Source of the DNA: a virus
Lineage: Duplodnaviria; Caudoviricetes
IMG/VR virus record: IMGVR_UViG_3300017747_002922
Coordinates: 13,918-77,917 of that record
DNA length: 64,000 bases
Direction: 5' to 3' (one strand)
How positions within the stretch are numbered: position 1 is the stretch's first letter; each line of letters opens with the position of its first letter. Of the stretch, positions 46,826 through 54,815 are shown in pieces. The notes under the pieces were generated by a model. That model worked only from the letters and a program-made list of their open reading frames with translations. It was not told where the DNA came from and did no database searches. The position numbers and the translations under genes were made by a program.

Positions 46826-47109
46826 CCGCCCCCGCCAACTTCGGCCTCTACATCAAATCCCTCCGCACCGCCGCCAACCTGTCGCAGCACGAGCTTGCCC
46901 GCGACCTCGGCGTGTCTCACGTCACCCTCGGCGAAGTGGAGCGCGGCAAGCGGACCACGCTCGCGCCGCGCCACTGGCCCGAACTCGTGCGCCGGATCGG
47001 TGCTGACTTCGGGGTGCTTCAGGCCCTCGCCACGACGGAGCGCGTAGCCACCCTACAGCGCCGGATCGACGCGCTACAGGTTGGCAATCTGCCTACTGAC
47101 GGGGTATGA
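46822..47109 (+). CDS. XRE-family HTH regulator (paralogue 1)
   Basis: FGLYIKSLRTAANLSQHELARDLGVS..LGEVERG. Confidence 0.85.
   Translation: MTAPANFGLYIKSLRTAANLSQHELARDLGVSHVTLGEVERGKRTTLAPRHWPELVRRIGADFGVLQALATTERVATLQRRIDALQVGNLPTDGV
46849..46888 (+). repeat. 40-bp direct repeat, copy 1
   Basis: TACATCAAATCCCTCCGCACCGCCGCCAACCTGTCGCAGC; 39/40 identical to 47852-47891. Confidence 0.95.
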
Positions 47110-47115
47110 TGCGTC

Positions 47116-47820
47116 ATGGTTCACGCGTTGTCTCCTGAATGGCCGCACCCGTGGCCCCGACCGGTTCGCGTGCCGCTTGACGTGGTGACGCCGCTCCTCC
47201 GTGAGTACCACCACTACAAGGGCGGCGGGGACGTGGGCGACGCGTGGGCGTGCATCGAGCGCGGGCGTGTGGTCGCCGGTTGGGTGTGGACCCCGCCGGC
47301 ACCGGGGGCGGCGTCGAAGTACGCGCCATCGTGTCCTGCGGCCGTGCTCGCCCTGTCGCGCATGGTCGCGATCCCGAAGGCGGATCGGGCGTGGCAGATC
47401 AGCAAACCCCTCCTCTGGATCATGCGCCACGGGCTCGACCGGGGCCGATGGCCGGTCCTCCTCACGTACTCCGACAAGGGCGCCGGCCACGAGGGGATCG
47501 CCTACATGGCGTCCCGGTGGAAGCGCGGCGAGACGACGGTATCGGACACGTATGAGGACAGCGACGGGCGCCGCCGCTGTCGGTGCGTGAGGGGGGGGCA
47601 ACGCGTCCCCGGCCTGACGCGCACGGGGTCCACCGAGATCACGGCGTGGACGCACCGCGTGTGCCCCATGGGTGAGGAGCAGGCGTGGATGGAGGCCCAC
47701 GGGTGGCAGCGGGTCAGGGTGCCCGGCAAGACGTGGCGGTCGGGCGCGGACGCTCACACATGGCAGTGGGTCGACCCGCGGCAGTTGAACCTCTTTGAAG
47801 GAGTGCGTCATGCACTGTAA
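47116..47820 (+). CDS. Mom-like GNAT-fold DNA adenine modification enzyme
   Basis: LREYHHY, LALSRM and LLTYSD.GAGHEGIAYMAS.W..G match the Mom-family SYAD..GH.G.IY.A.NW pattern. Confidence 0.75.
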   Translation: MVHALSPEWPHPWPRPVRVPLDVVTPLLREYHHYKGGGDVGDAWACIERGRVVAGWVWTPPAPGAASKYAPSCPAAVLALSRMVAIPKADRAWQISKPLLWIMRHGLDRGRWPVLLTYSDKGAGHEGIAYMASRWKRGETTVSDTYEDSDGRRRCRCVRGGQRVPGLTRTGSTEITAWTHRVCPMGEEQAWMEAHGWQRVRVPGKTWRSGADAHTWQWVDPRQLNLFEGVRHAL

Positions 47821-48118
47821 AACCGAGGACCGAGCGACTTCGTTCGGGTCTTACATCAAATCCCTTCGCACCGCCGCCAACCTGTCGCAGCGGGCGTTGG
47901 CCGAGCGGTTGGGCGTCACCCCTGCCCACATCGCGCACATCGAGCAGGGGGAGCGCCGCGCCCTCGCCGAACGCCACTGGCCCGCGCTGGTCGCGATCGG
48001 GGCGGACCTCAACACCTTGCGCCGGCTGGCGGCCCGCCCCGAGGTTGCCGCCCTTCACGACGAGATCGACCGACTGCGTGCGCAGTTGGCTGGTAGTGCG
48101 CTTATCGGCGTGGTATAG
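47810..48118 (+). CDS. XRE-family HTH regulator (paralogue 2)
   Basis: FGSYIKSLRTAANLSQRALAERLGVT..IAHIEQG; GGAG RBS. Confidence 0.85.
   Translation: MHCKTEDRATSFGSYIKSLRTAANLSQRALAERLGVTPAHIAHIEQGERRALAERHWPALVAIGADLNTLRRLAARPEVAALHDEIDRLRAQLAGSALIGVV
47852..47891 (+). repeat. 40-bp direct repeat, copy 2
   Basis: One mismatch to 46849-46888. Confidence 0.95.
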
Positions 48119-48124
48119 TGCTGC

Positions 48125-49063
48125 ATGGCGTGGTTCAGCACTGACGAGAGCGTATGGGAGGCGGCGTGCTCCGACCTCCCCCAACCGTGGCCAGAGGCGT
48201 TCGCGCGCATGGATCTGCGCTACCACGAGAACCGGCACCGGATGAAGGTTGCGCCGTTTCCGGGGCGCGTCGCCCTGTCGAACCGGTGGGGGTGGACTGA
48301 CCGCAAGGTGCGGAATCTCCTCGACGCCGACGACTGGCACGACCCCCAACGGCCGGTCGCCCGTGAGGACCTGCGCGGCAAGTGGGACGGAAAAGTCCAA
48401 CAGCCCGCCAACACGCCGCCAACACCGCGTCCAACAGACCGCCAACAGGACAACGAACCAACGCCGGTAGTTGAGAAGAATCCGCCAACAGCCTGCCAAC
48501 AGGATGTCCAACAGCCTGCCAACTCGGTGTCCATCGCGCGCGTCTCTTCTCTAACCACGGGAACCACTGAACCACGGGAACCACTGGAGACACATACAGC
48601 GCCCGCAAGCGGGCCCGTGTGTGTCGAACCTGAACCGCAACTGACCCTGCTCACCCTACCTGCTCCGAAGCCCGTCGACCTCGAAGCGGCATGGACGGCA
48701 CTCACGGCATGGACCCCGAAGCCGGCAGCGTGGAAGCTAACGGCCGAGCGTCGCAAGCACCTGACCGCGAGGATCGCCGACCACGGGGAAGCGACCGTGT
48801 ACCGGGTGGCCGAATGGGTGCGGACCTCGGAGCACGATCGGGCGGCGTTCCTTAGGGGTCACGGAGACGTCGACACTCTGTTGAGGCCGGGGAAGTTCGC
48901 CACCTACGCCGCGATGAGTGCGGGGCCGGCACCGGCAGCGAAGGTCAACGGGCGCCCGGTCGCCCCGTCCTACGCCGACACCCGCCGCGAGATCGAAGAG
49001 ATGGAGCGGGGCGCAACGCTACGAACCGGCGCATTCGACGCCGACTATGAGGTACTCCAGTGA
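48125..49063 (+). CDS. Replication initiator (lambda O-like organisation)
   Basis: N-terminal wHTH (GRVALSNRWGWTDRKVRNLL), repeat-coded linker, C-terminal RRKHLTARI..DTLLRPGKF..Y; upstream of loader and dnaB. Confidence 0.75.
   Translation: MAWFSTDESVWEAACSDLPQPWPEAFARMDLRYHENRHRMKVAPFPGRVALSNRWGWTDRKVRNLLDADDWHDPQRPVAREDLRGKWDGKVQQPANTPPTPRPTDRQQDNEPTPVVEKNPPTACQQDVQQPANSVSIARVSSLTTGTTEPREPLETHTAPASGPVCVEPEPQLTLLTLPAPKPVDLEAAWTALTAWTPKPAAWKLTAERRKHLTARIADHGEATVYRVAEWVRTSEHDRAAFLRGHGDVDTLLRPGKFATYAAMSAGPAPAAKVNGRPVAPSYADTRREIEEMERGATLRTGAFDADYEVLQ
48391..48586 (+). repeat. Iteron array / probable replication origin inside the initiator gene
   Basis: CCAAC at 48397, 48408, 48419, 48431, 48442, 48458, 48485, 48496, 48508 and 48519 (mostly 11-12 bp apart), plus a perfect 17-bp tandem at 48553-48586. 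Confidence 0.75.
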
Positions 49064-49677
49064 TCACGATCAACCAGATCCTCGACATGTTCGAGGTGCT
49101 CGAATCGACGGGACTCCGGCCCCCCGACGTCTACGGCCGCCCGGCGGATCGGGCGACGGGCACCCCGAGCGGTCGGGCGTTCGCGGCACGGGTGTACGTG
49201 GTGGCGTTCGACCAAGGCGGGTACACATGGCCCGAGGTCGAAGCGGCGGCGATGGCGTACGCGCTCGAACCGCAGGAAGGGCAGTACCCGAAGCCGTGGC
49301 CGAGCCCGGGGCACATCGCGGCCCGTACGGCGATGGGTCGACTCGCGTTGACCCTCGGCACCCCCGCCGACGCGGATCGGGCATGGGTCGACTTCGTGGC
49401 CCGCGGGCAGTCGCTCGTCAGCAAGGGCCGCCCCCCGACGATGGAGTACGGCCGCGATGCCCTCGACCCGGACCCGCACCGACACAAGGCGATGTGGGCG
49501 GGGCTCTGCGCACTCGGCGGGTGGGACCTGTACCGCATGGCCGACCCGTCCGACCGGGGCCTGTCGATGCGCTTCCGTGCCGCCTTCACGGCGTTCCGTG
49601 AGCAGCAGCGGACCTCACCCGGCGTGGTGCGTGAGATCCTGGCCGCGTCCCCCCGCCTGCTTTCGGTGGCGTCGTGA
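49060..49677 (+). CDS. Putative helicase loader
   Basis: Lies between the initiator and dnaB; W..V..A...Y....WPSPGHI pattern. Confidence 0.5.
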   Translation: MITINQILDMFEVLESTGLRPPDVYGRPADRATGTPSGRAFAARVYVVAFDQGGYTWPEVEAAAMAYALEPQEGQYPKPWPSPGHIAARTAMGRLALTLGTPADADRAWVDFVARGQSLVSKGRPPTMEYGRDALDPDPHRHKAMWAGLCALGGWDLYRMADPSDRGLSMRFRAAFTAFREQQRTSPGVVREILAASPRLLSVAS

Positions 49678-51044
49678 GCAACCGCGGCCTCCCTCACGAC
49701 TGGCACATCGAGCAGGTGTTGTTGGGGACCATTCTCGCGTGCGGCGACGTGTCCGCCGTGGTCGACGTGGTCAAGCCCGACGACTTCCACAAGCCGACGC
49801 ACGCGCTGTTGTTCGGCCACATCCTCGCGTGCGCCGCCGAGGGCGACCCCCCGACCCCGGCCCGCTTGCTCCGCCGGATCGAGGCGGCGGGTGCGCTGGA
49901 GTCGTTGGCGGCCGTCTCGCACATGGGCCCGACGCACTACGTGCTGTCACTGTCGTCGCATGGCGACATCCCCGAGAACATCGGCGGCCTGGTCCGGGAC
50001 CTCCTCCGCGACTCACGCCGACGGGCGGCCGTCCTCGAACTGCGCGCCCTCGAAGAACGGCTGTTGTCGGATGTGAGCGTGGACCCCGCCGTGGGCCTGA
50101 TGGAGATGCAGGCCCGGTTGGAGGCGAGCCAGCCGCCAGCGAAGGGCGAGGGGTGGGTACCGCAGGCCGACGTCGTGCGCGAACGGCTGGAGGACATCCG
50201 ACACCGGACGGCGAACCCCGGGCAGATCACCGGGATCCCGACGGGGATCGACGCCCTCGACCGGCTGATCGGCGGCTTTCAGCGGACCCGGTTCTACGTC
50301 ATCGCTGGCCGCCCTGCGATGGGAAAGAGCGCGGTCATGCAGTGCTTTGCGGAACACGGCGCGAAGTTCGGCGACGTGGGGATCATCACGTTGGAGATGC
50401 CGAAAGAGGAGATCGGAGAGCGCGCCCTCGTCAAAGAGGCGCGCGTCAACAGCACCCGCGTACGGGATGGCGCGATTGACGAACACGACTGGCGGCGATT
50501 GTGCGATGCGGAAGAGTCACTGTCGGCGCGCAACGTGTGGATTGATGATGCGTCTGCCGCGTCAATCTCGCAGATCGTCAACAAGATCCGAAAGCTGAAA
50601 GAACGTCGGCCGAACCTGCATACGGTCTATTTGGACTACCTCCAGCTTGCGACGGCGGAAGGGAAGAAGAATGGGAGTCGTCAGCAGGAGATTGGACAGA
50701 TCACCCGCGGTTGTAAGACCATCGCAAAGCAAGTCGATATTGCCGTGGTTGCACTTGCCCAACTGTCGCGCCAATGCGAAGCGAGGGTAGACAAGCGCCC
50801 CGTACCCTCGGACCTGCGCGAGTCGGGCGACATCGAGCAGGACGCCGACGCGATTATCTTCGTGTACCGCGACGAGGTTTACGTGAAGGAAAGCCCGAAA
50901 AAGGGAACGATGGAGATCATCGTCGGGAAGCAAAGGAAGGGCGCGACCGGCACGATCGAGTGTGCGTGGATCGGCGCCGAGTATCGGATCGCGAACATCG
51001 ATCGCCACGTCGAACCAGACTACCCCCGGAGCTACGAACAATGA
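49674..51044 (+). CDS. dnaB: Replicative DNA helicase
   Basis: GIPTG...LD, IAGRPAMGKS, TLEM, LDYLQL, LAQLSR, DLRESGDIEQDAD and KQRKG. Confidence 0.97.
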   Translation: MSNRGLPHDWHIEQVLLGTILACGDVSAVVDVVKPDDFHKPTHALLFGHILACAAEGDPPTPARLLRRIEAAGALESLAAVSHMGPTHYVLSLSSHGDIPENIGGLVRDLLRDSRRRAAVLELRALEERLLSDVSVDPAVGLMEMQARLEASQPPAKGEGWVPQADVVRERLEDIRHRTANPGQITGIPTGIDALDRLIGGFQRTRFYVIAGRPAMGKSAVMQCFAEHGAKFGDVGIITLEMPKEEIGERALVKEARVNSTRVRDGAIDEHDWRRLCDAEESLSARNVWIDDASAASISQIVNKIRKLKERRPNLHTVYLDYLQLATAEGKKNGSRQQEIGQITRGCKTIAKQVDIAVVALAQLSRQCEARVDKRPVPSDLRESGDIEQDADAIIFVYRDEVYVKESPKKGTMEIIVGKQRKGATGTIECAWIGAEYRIANIDRHVEPDYPRSYEQ

Positions 51045-51421
51045 TCGACCTCGCCAACCCCGCCGCCGTGCGCCTGCTTCAACTCGCGGTTCACCGGCCC
51101 GCGCTGGTTGGGCCCGTCCTGCGCGACGAGGACCCGGCCGCCCTCTTTCACGACTCCGAGGTGTTCGACGCCCTGGCGCGCTTGCTGGGTGGGTGGACGG
51201 CGCAGAAAACCGCCGACGCGTCCCGCGACCCCGAGGTCAAGCGCCGCCTGCCGTGGATGGCGTCGATGCCGTGGTGCGGGGTGAAGCACGCCCGCGGCGA
51301 GGTGTGCGCGTGCGAGGGCGACCCGGCCGAGGTGCGGCGCCTCGTCGGGGAGGTCAAGGCGTGGCGCGCGAAGGTGGCGGAAGACGGCGACGTGCTCGCG
51401 TCCGTGCTGGTGCCCCGATGA
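51041..51421 (+). CDS. Hypothetical protein
   Basis: Coupled to dnaB. Confidence 0.55.
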   Translation: MIDLANPAAVRLLQLAVHRPALVGPVLRDEDPAALFHDSEVFDALARLLGGWTAQKTADASRDPEVKRRLPWMASMPWCGVKHARGEVCACEGDPAEVRRLVGEVKAWRAKVAEDGDVLASVLVPR

Positions 51422-51594
51422 CCCCCGCGCCCGAACCCGAGTCCGCCCCGCACTTCTGGTGGTGCTCCGTGTTTTTGCACAAGCACCGCCCGGGCGTTCG
51501 GTGCTCGTGTCCGCCGACCATGCTGGCCGAGGCGGTTGAGAAGGAACGGCTGATCAAGATGGCCGCCACCATGCCGCCAGCGGTCGCGAAGTGA
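51418..51594 (+). CDS. Small Cys/His hypothetical protein
   Basis: C..H.H..CSC; ATGA overlap. Confidence 0.4.
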   Translation: MTPAPEPESAPHFWWCSVFLHKHRPGVRCSCPPTMLAEAVEKERLIKMAATMPPAVAK

Positions 51595-52160
51595 TCACGC
51601 TCACCGCCAGCGAACTCCTCCACGCGTCCGGGGTGGGCGCGCGGCGTCACGCCCAAAACCTCATCGCCGGCCGACCCGATCGCTACGGTGCGCCGCCGGA
51701 TTGGTCAGTCCATATCGAGGGCTCGTGTGGGGAGTTAGCGGCGGCCAAGGCACTCAATGTCTACTGGCCCGCGTCCGTGGACTTCCGCGAACGGCAAGCG
51801 GGGGACCTCCCGGGCGGCATCGAGGTCCGCACCACATCACACGCGATGGGGTGTCTCCTGCTCCATCCCGAGGACAAAGACGATCGCCGCTACATCCTCG
51901 TGACGGGGCGCGCGCCGTCGTTCGTCGTGGTCGGATGGTGTCGCGGGTGGGAGGGCAAACACCAACAGTTCTGGAAGGACCCGGCCGGGGGTAGGCCCGC
52001 GTTCTTCGTCGGTCAGAAGTACCTTCGCCCGATGTCGGAATGGTCGGCGCCCGACGACCTGCGTGCAAGGGTCGAGGCTACTCCAGGGATCCGCCGCCTC
52101 GTCGCCGCGGTGGACGGGACGGTGGAGAGCGTCACGGCGTCTCGGATCGAGGTGCCGTGA
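51591..52160 (+). CDS. Putative PD-(D/E)XK-like nuclease
   Basis: G..GELAAAKAL...GDL..IEVRTT pattern. Confidence 0.5.
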   Translation: MITLTASELLHASGVGARRHAQNLIAGRPDRYGAPPDWSVHIEGSCGELAAAKALNVYWPASVDFRERQAGDLPGGIEVRTTSHAMGCLLLHPEDKDDRRYILVTGRAPSFVVVGWCRGWEGKHQQFWKDPAGGRPAFFVGQKYLRPMSEWSAPDDLRARVEATPGIRRLVAAVDGTVESVTASRIEVP

Positions 52161-52163
52161 GCG

Positions 52164-53006
52164 TTAGCGCGAACGTTCGCGGGTCATGATCACCCGTCCG
52201 ATGACTTCGGCGACGGCGGGCACGACGGCGTTTCCGAGGCAGCGCAGTTGACCCACCCGTCCGGGAACCCCATGAGCCACTCGACCCACCGGGGGTTCAA
52301 TGGTCCACCAACCGCGTTCGGGAGTTGATCCCCACTCCCTGCGGGTCGCTTCAACCTGCTCGCCCCATCCGGGGCGTTCGGGTAGCGGTAGTCCCGCGCC
52401 GCGGGTGTCGGCCACTTCGTTACGAAGTCGGTGAGCGTGTCCCCCACATGAATCCCGCTCGGCGGAATCCTCGACCTGTTCGCTGTCGAGTTGCGTGATG
52501 CCTTGCTGTCCCCCACCGTAGGCGTCGGTATACGCAAGGATGAAGAGGCGGTCCCTCCGGTGAGGGGCGCCGACGGCGGAAGCGGGGATGCAGTCCCACT
52601 CCGCATCGTACCCGCTCGCGGCCAAGTCTCCGAGAACGCGACCCAGCCCCCGAACAAGGAGCGCTGCGACGTTCTCCACGACGACGTACCGGGGTCGTAC
52701 GTCGCGAATGAGTCGTGCGTAGTGGGACCAGAGGCCGGAGCGGGTGCCGTCGGCGATTCCTGCTCCCTTCCCAGCGAGGGAGATGTCTTGACAGGGGAAT
52801 CCGCCACATAGAACGTCGACATAAGGGGGCGCCTCCAGCGTTGTGATGTCCTCAAACCGGTGTGCGGCGGGCCAGTGGTGGGCAAGAACGGAGCGGGCGA
52901 ACGGATCCCGCTCGCACTGCCACACGACAGGCCCGAGGCCCGCGCGCTCTAAGCCACATTCGAGGCCGCCTATACCCGAGAACAGCGACCCGATCGTGAG
53001 ACTCAT
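52164..53006 (-). CDS. DNA cytosine-C5 methyltransferase, large subunit
   Basis: Motifs I (LFSGIGG), IV (GGFPCQDIS), VI (ENV), VIII (HRRDRLF) and X (LGNAVVP); no motif IX in this frame. Confidence 0.92.
   Translation of the reverse strand: MSLTIGSLFSGIGGLECGLERAGLGPVVWQCERDPFARSVLAHHWPAAHRFEDITTLEAPPYVDVLCGGFPCQDISLAGKGAGIADGTRSGLWSHYARLIRDVRPRYVVVENVAALLVRGLGRVLGDLAASGYDAEWDCIPASAVGAPHRRDRLFILAYTDAYGGGQQGITQLDSEQVEDSAERDSCGGHAHRLRNEVADTRGAGLPLPERPGWGEQVEATRREWGSTPERGWWTIEPPVGRVAHGVPGRVGQLRCLGNAVVPAVAEVIGRVIMTRERSR
52190..52822 (-). CDS. Nested alternative-frame ORF, probable C5-MTase small subunit carrying motif IX
   Basis: GGAGG 9 nt upstream of ATG 52822; WPTP.ARD and LNPRWVEWLMGFPDGW. 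Confidence 0.65.
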   Translation of the reverse strand: MSTFYVADSPVKTSPSLGREQESPTAPAPASGPTTHDSFATYDPGTSSWRTSQRSLFGGWVAFSETWPRAGTMRSGTASPLPPSAPLTGGTASSSLRIPTPTVGDSKASRNSTANRSRIPPSGIHVGDTLTDFVTKWPTPAARDYRYPNAPDGASRLKRPAGSGDQLPNAVGGPLNPRWVEWLMGFPDGWVNCAASETPSCPPSPKSSDG

Positions 53007-53149
53007 CCGAGCAACCGCGCCCGAATCCACGTCGACCGGTCCACACCCGCGGCCTTCGCGTCGGCGTCGATCTTCGCGATCTCGGCGTCGGACAAGCGCA
53101 CCGATACGCGCTTGGTCGGCGCGTCGGTGCGGAACGGGTGGCCCCTCAC
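53003..53149 (-). CDS. CopG-like ribbon-helix-helix protein
   Basis: RVSVRLSDAEIAKIDADAKAAGVDRSTWIR. Confidence 0.75.
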   Translation of the reverse strand: MRGHPFRTDAPTKRVSVRLSDAEIAKIDADAKAAGVDRSTWIRARLLG

Positions 53150-53421
53150 GACGGGCGACCGGCGAGGAGCCACGCGTCGACCGCGTCCTGAACAGCGGCG
53201 CACTCGTCCAGCCATGCGGCGTGGTCTTCGGGGTCCGCGTTGCCGTCCTCGTCCTCGGCCATCGCGGGCCACGTCGACTCGTCGCAGAGCGCGCCGAGTT
53301 CGTTCGCGTCGATGTAGTCGTGAAGCTCGGAGAAGTTCGCGACCGTGGCGGGGATGGTTCCGGCCGCGATGAGGGCGACGATCGAGGACTTGGCGAGGGC
53401 GATTCGGTCTTGGGCGTTCAT
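53146..53421 (-). CDS. Small acidic early protein
   Basis: GGAG RBS directly after the 53444-53472 promoter. Confidence 0.7.
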   Translation of the reverse strand: MNAQDRIALAKSSIVALIAAGTIPATVANFSELHDYIDANELGALCDESTWPAMAEDEDGNADPEDHAAWLDECAAVQDAVDAWLLAGRPS

Positions 53422-53443
53422 GGTGACTCCGTGTTGCCCCCTC

Positions 53444-53472
53444 TCTATACGTCGGACGTAATCACACGTCAA
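53444..53472 (-). promoter_or_regulatory. Early promoter, class B
   Basis: TTCC-TTGACG-N17-TATAGA. Confidence 0.7.
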
Positions 53473-53483
53473 GGAACTTTCTG

Positions 53484-53612
53484 CTACCGCCCCCGCGACA
53501 GGTCCCGCAACGCCGCCAACGCGACCGCAAGGATCCCGATCCCGATCCCGCCGTCGATCCAGGACACGACCGCGGACCAGTCGTGTGAGGTCAGATAGAT
53601 CGCGGCGGTCAC
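53484..53612 (-). CDS. 42-aa membrane peptide
   Basis: GTGA-coupled; GIGIGILAVALAAL. Confidence 0.4.
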   Translation of the reverse strand: MTAAIYLTSHDWSAVVSWIDGGIGIGILAVALAALRDLSRGR

Positions 53613-53833
53613 GAGCGGGGCCGGGTGAACGGGCGCGGCAACTTGCCGTTGAGGCGCGCGGGTGCGTCGGTGCAGAAGAACATCGGCGCCCCACTGTTGA
53701 ACTTGTAAGCGAACCTTACACGTTCGTCACCGCGCGTGATGCTGATCTCACCCTCGGTGTCGACGTCCGCCGACCACCCGTCCTCGCCAATCTCGCGCAT
53801 GTAGGCGAGCAGGTACAGCATGGGGGCGGTCAC
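53609..53833 (-). CDS. Hypothetical protein
   Basis: Coupled chain. Confidence 0.55.
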   Translation of the reverse strand: MTAPMLYLLAYMREIGEDGWSADVDTEGEISITRGDERVRFAYKFNSGAPMFFCTDAPARLNGKLPRPFTRPRS

Positions 53834-53997
53834 GACGACACCCGCGCCAGCCGGATCGTCAGCGTCGCCGCTTCGATCTGCGCGGTCGCAACGGCAAGCG
53901 CGGCCGGGCTCGCGGGGTTGCGGTGGTACTCGGCGAGGGCGGCGTCAGCGGCGCGGAGATGACCGCGGACGGCGGCGCGTGCGGTGTCGGGGATCAC
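53830..53997 (-). CDS. Hypothetical protein
   Basis: Coupled chain; helical. Confidence 0.45.
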   Translation of the reverse strand: MIPDTARAAVRGHLRAADAALAEYHRNPASPAALAVATAQIEAATLTIRLARVSS

Positions 53998-54188
53998 GAG
54001 GGCACCACACGAGCCAATCGCCAACCGCGACCCCACCAGACCTTACGTGCGACGACCGTACCGTCCAACGCGTAGACCACGTGGACGAACGGCCCGTCTT
54101 GGTCACGGGTCGGGCGCGAGGTCCGCACGATGGTGCCGGCCGGGATTCCGATGTGGCGGCACACGACATCCGGCGGGACGGCGATCAC
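53994..54188 (-). CDS. Hypothetical protein
   Basis: Coupled chain. Confidence 0.45.
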   Translation of the reverse strand: MIAVPPDVVCRHIGIPAGTIVRTSRPTRDQDGPFVHVVYALDGTVVARKVWWGRGWRLARVVPS

Positions 54189-54451
54189 GACGCCACCCCG
54201 CCCCGGAGCGCCAACTCTGCGCGCCACACGCCGAGGTCAATCGCGCGCCACCCGCCGCGGGATGCGGTGTCGGCTTCGAGGTCGGCGATGGTCGCGACGA
54301 TCTGCGCGACGGATGCGGCCGACGCTTCGGCGCGCTCCTCGTTCTCGTGGCGGGCGTCGCTGCGCGCGTCCCAATCGTCGTCGGTGTCGTCCCATGCGCC
54401 GTCGCTGTCGCCTTCGATCCAGCGGTCGAGGGCGGAAAGGTCGAGGTCCAT
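54185..54451 (-). CDS. Highly acidic Asp/Trp-rich small protein
   Basis: EGDSDGAWDDTDDDWD; GGAG RBS. Confidence 0.65.
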   Translation of the reverse strand: MDLDLSALDRWIEGDSDGAWDDTDDDWDARSDARHENEERAEASAASVAQIVATIADLEADTASRGGWRAIDLGVWRAELALRGGVAS

Positions 54452-54527
54452 TTGTTGGCTCCGTGTCGGGGGTTCTACCGCCTCAACCCCGCCCGGAGGA
54501 CCGGAGCGGGGTGGGCGTGGGGGAGGG

Positions 54528-54734
54528 TTAGGGGAGGAGGCCGATGATGCGTCCGGCTGGAGGCGGTGTGTACGGTTTCACCGCGTAGACGAACGACCAC
54601 CGGTCCGAAAGGTCACGGATCTCGTGCTTCACGATCACCTGCGCGTCAGCCTCGGTCGCGGCCTCGACGACGTACGACGTGGTTGGGTTGTAGTTGGTCG
54701 GGATCCGGGTGACTGAAACTACGAACTGACTCAC
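54528..54734 (-). CDS. Hypothetical early protein
   Basis: AAGGAG RBS after the 54778-54806 promoter. Confidence 0.7.
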   Translation of the reverse strand: MSQFVVSVTRIPTNYNPTTSYVVEAATEADAQVIVKHEIRDLSDRWSFVYAVKPYTPPPAGRIIGLLP

Positions 54735-54777
54735 GGGTGGCTCCTTGACCCGCGGCGTTCATCGCCGGGGTGACTTC

Positions 54778-54806
54778 AAGATACCGCGGCCCTAATGCCG
54801 CGTCAA
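54778..54806 (-). promoter_or_regulatory. Early promoter, class B
   Basis: TATTTCC-TTGACG-N17-TATCTT. Confidence 0.8.
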
Positions 54807-54815
54807 GGAAATAGT

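Noticed and set aside
48391-48586. CRISPR mini-array or DGR repeat
   Set aside because: Units are 5-6 bp cores at 11-12 bp spacing inside a CDS, with no unique spacers, cas genes or reverse transcriptase.
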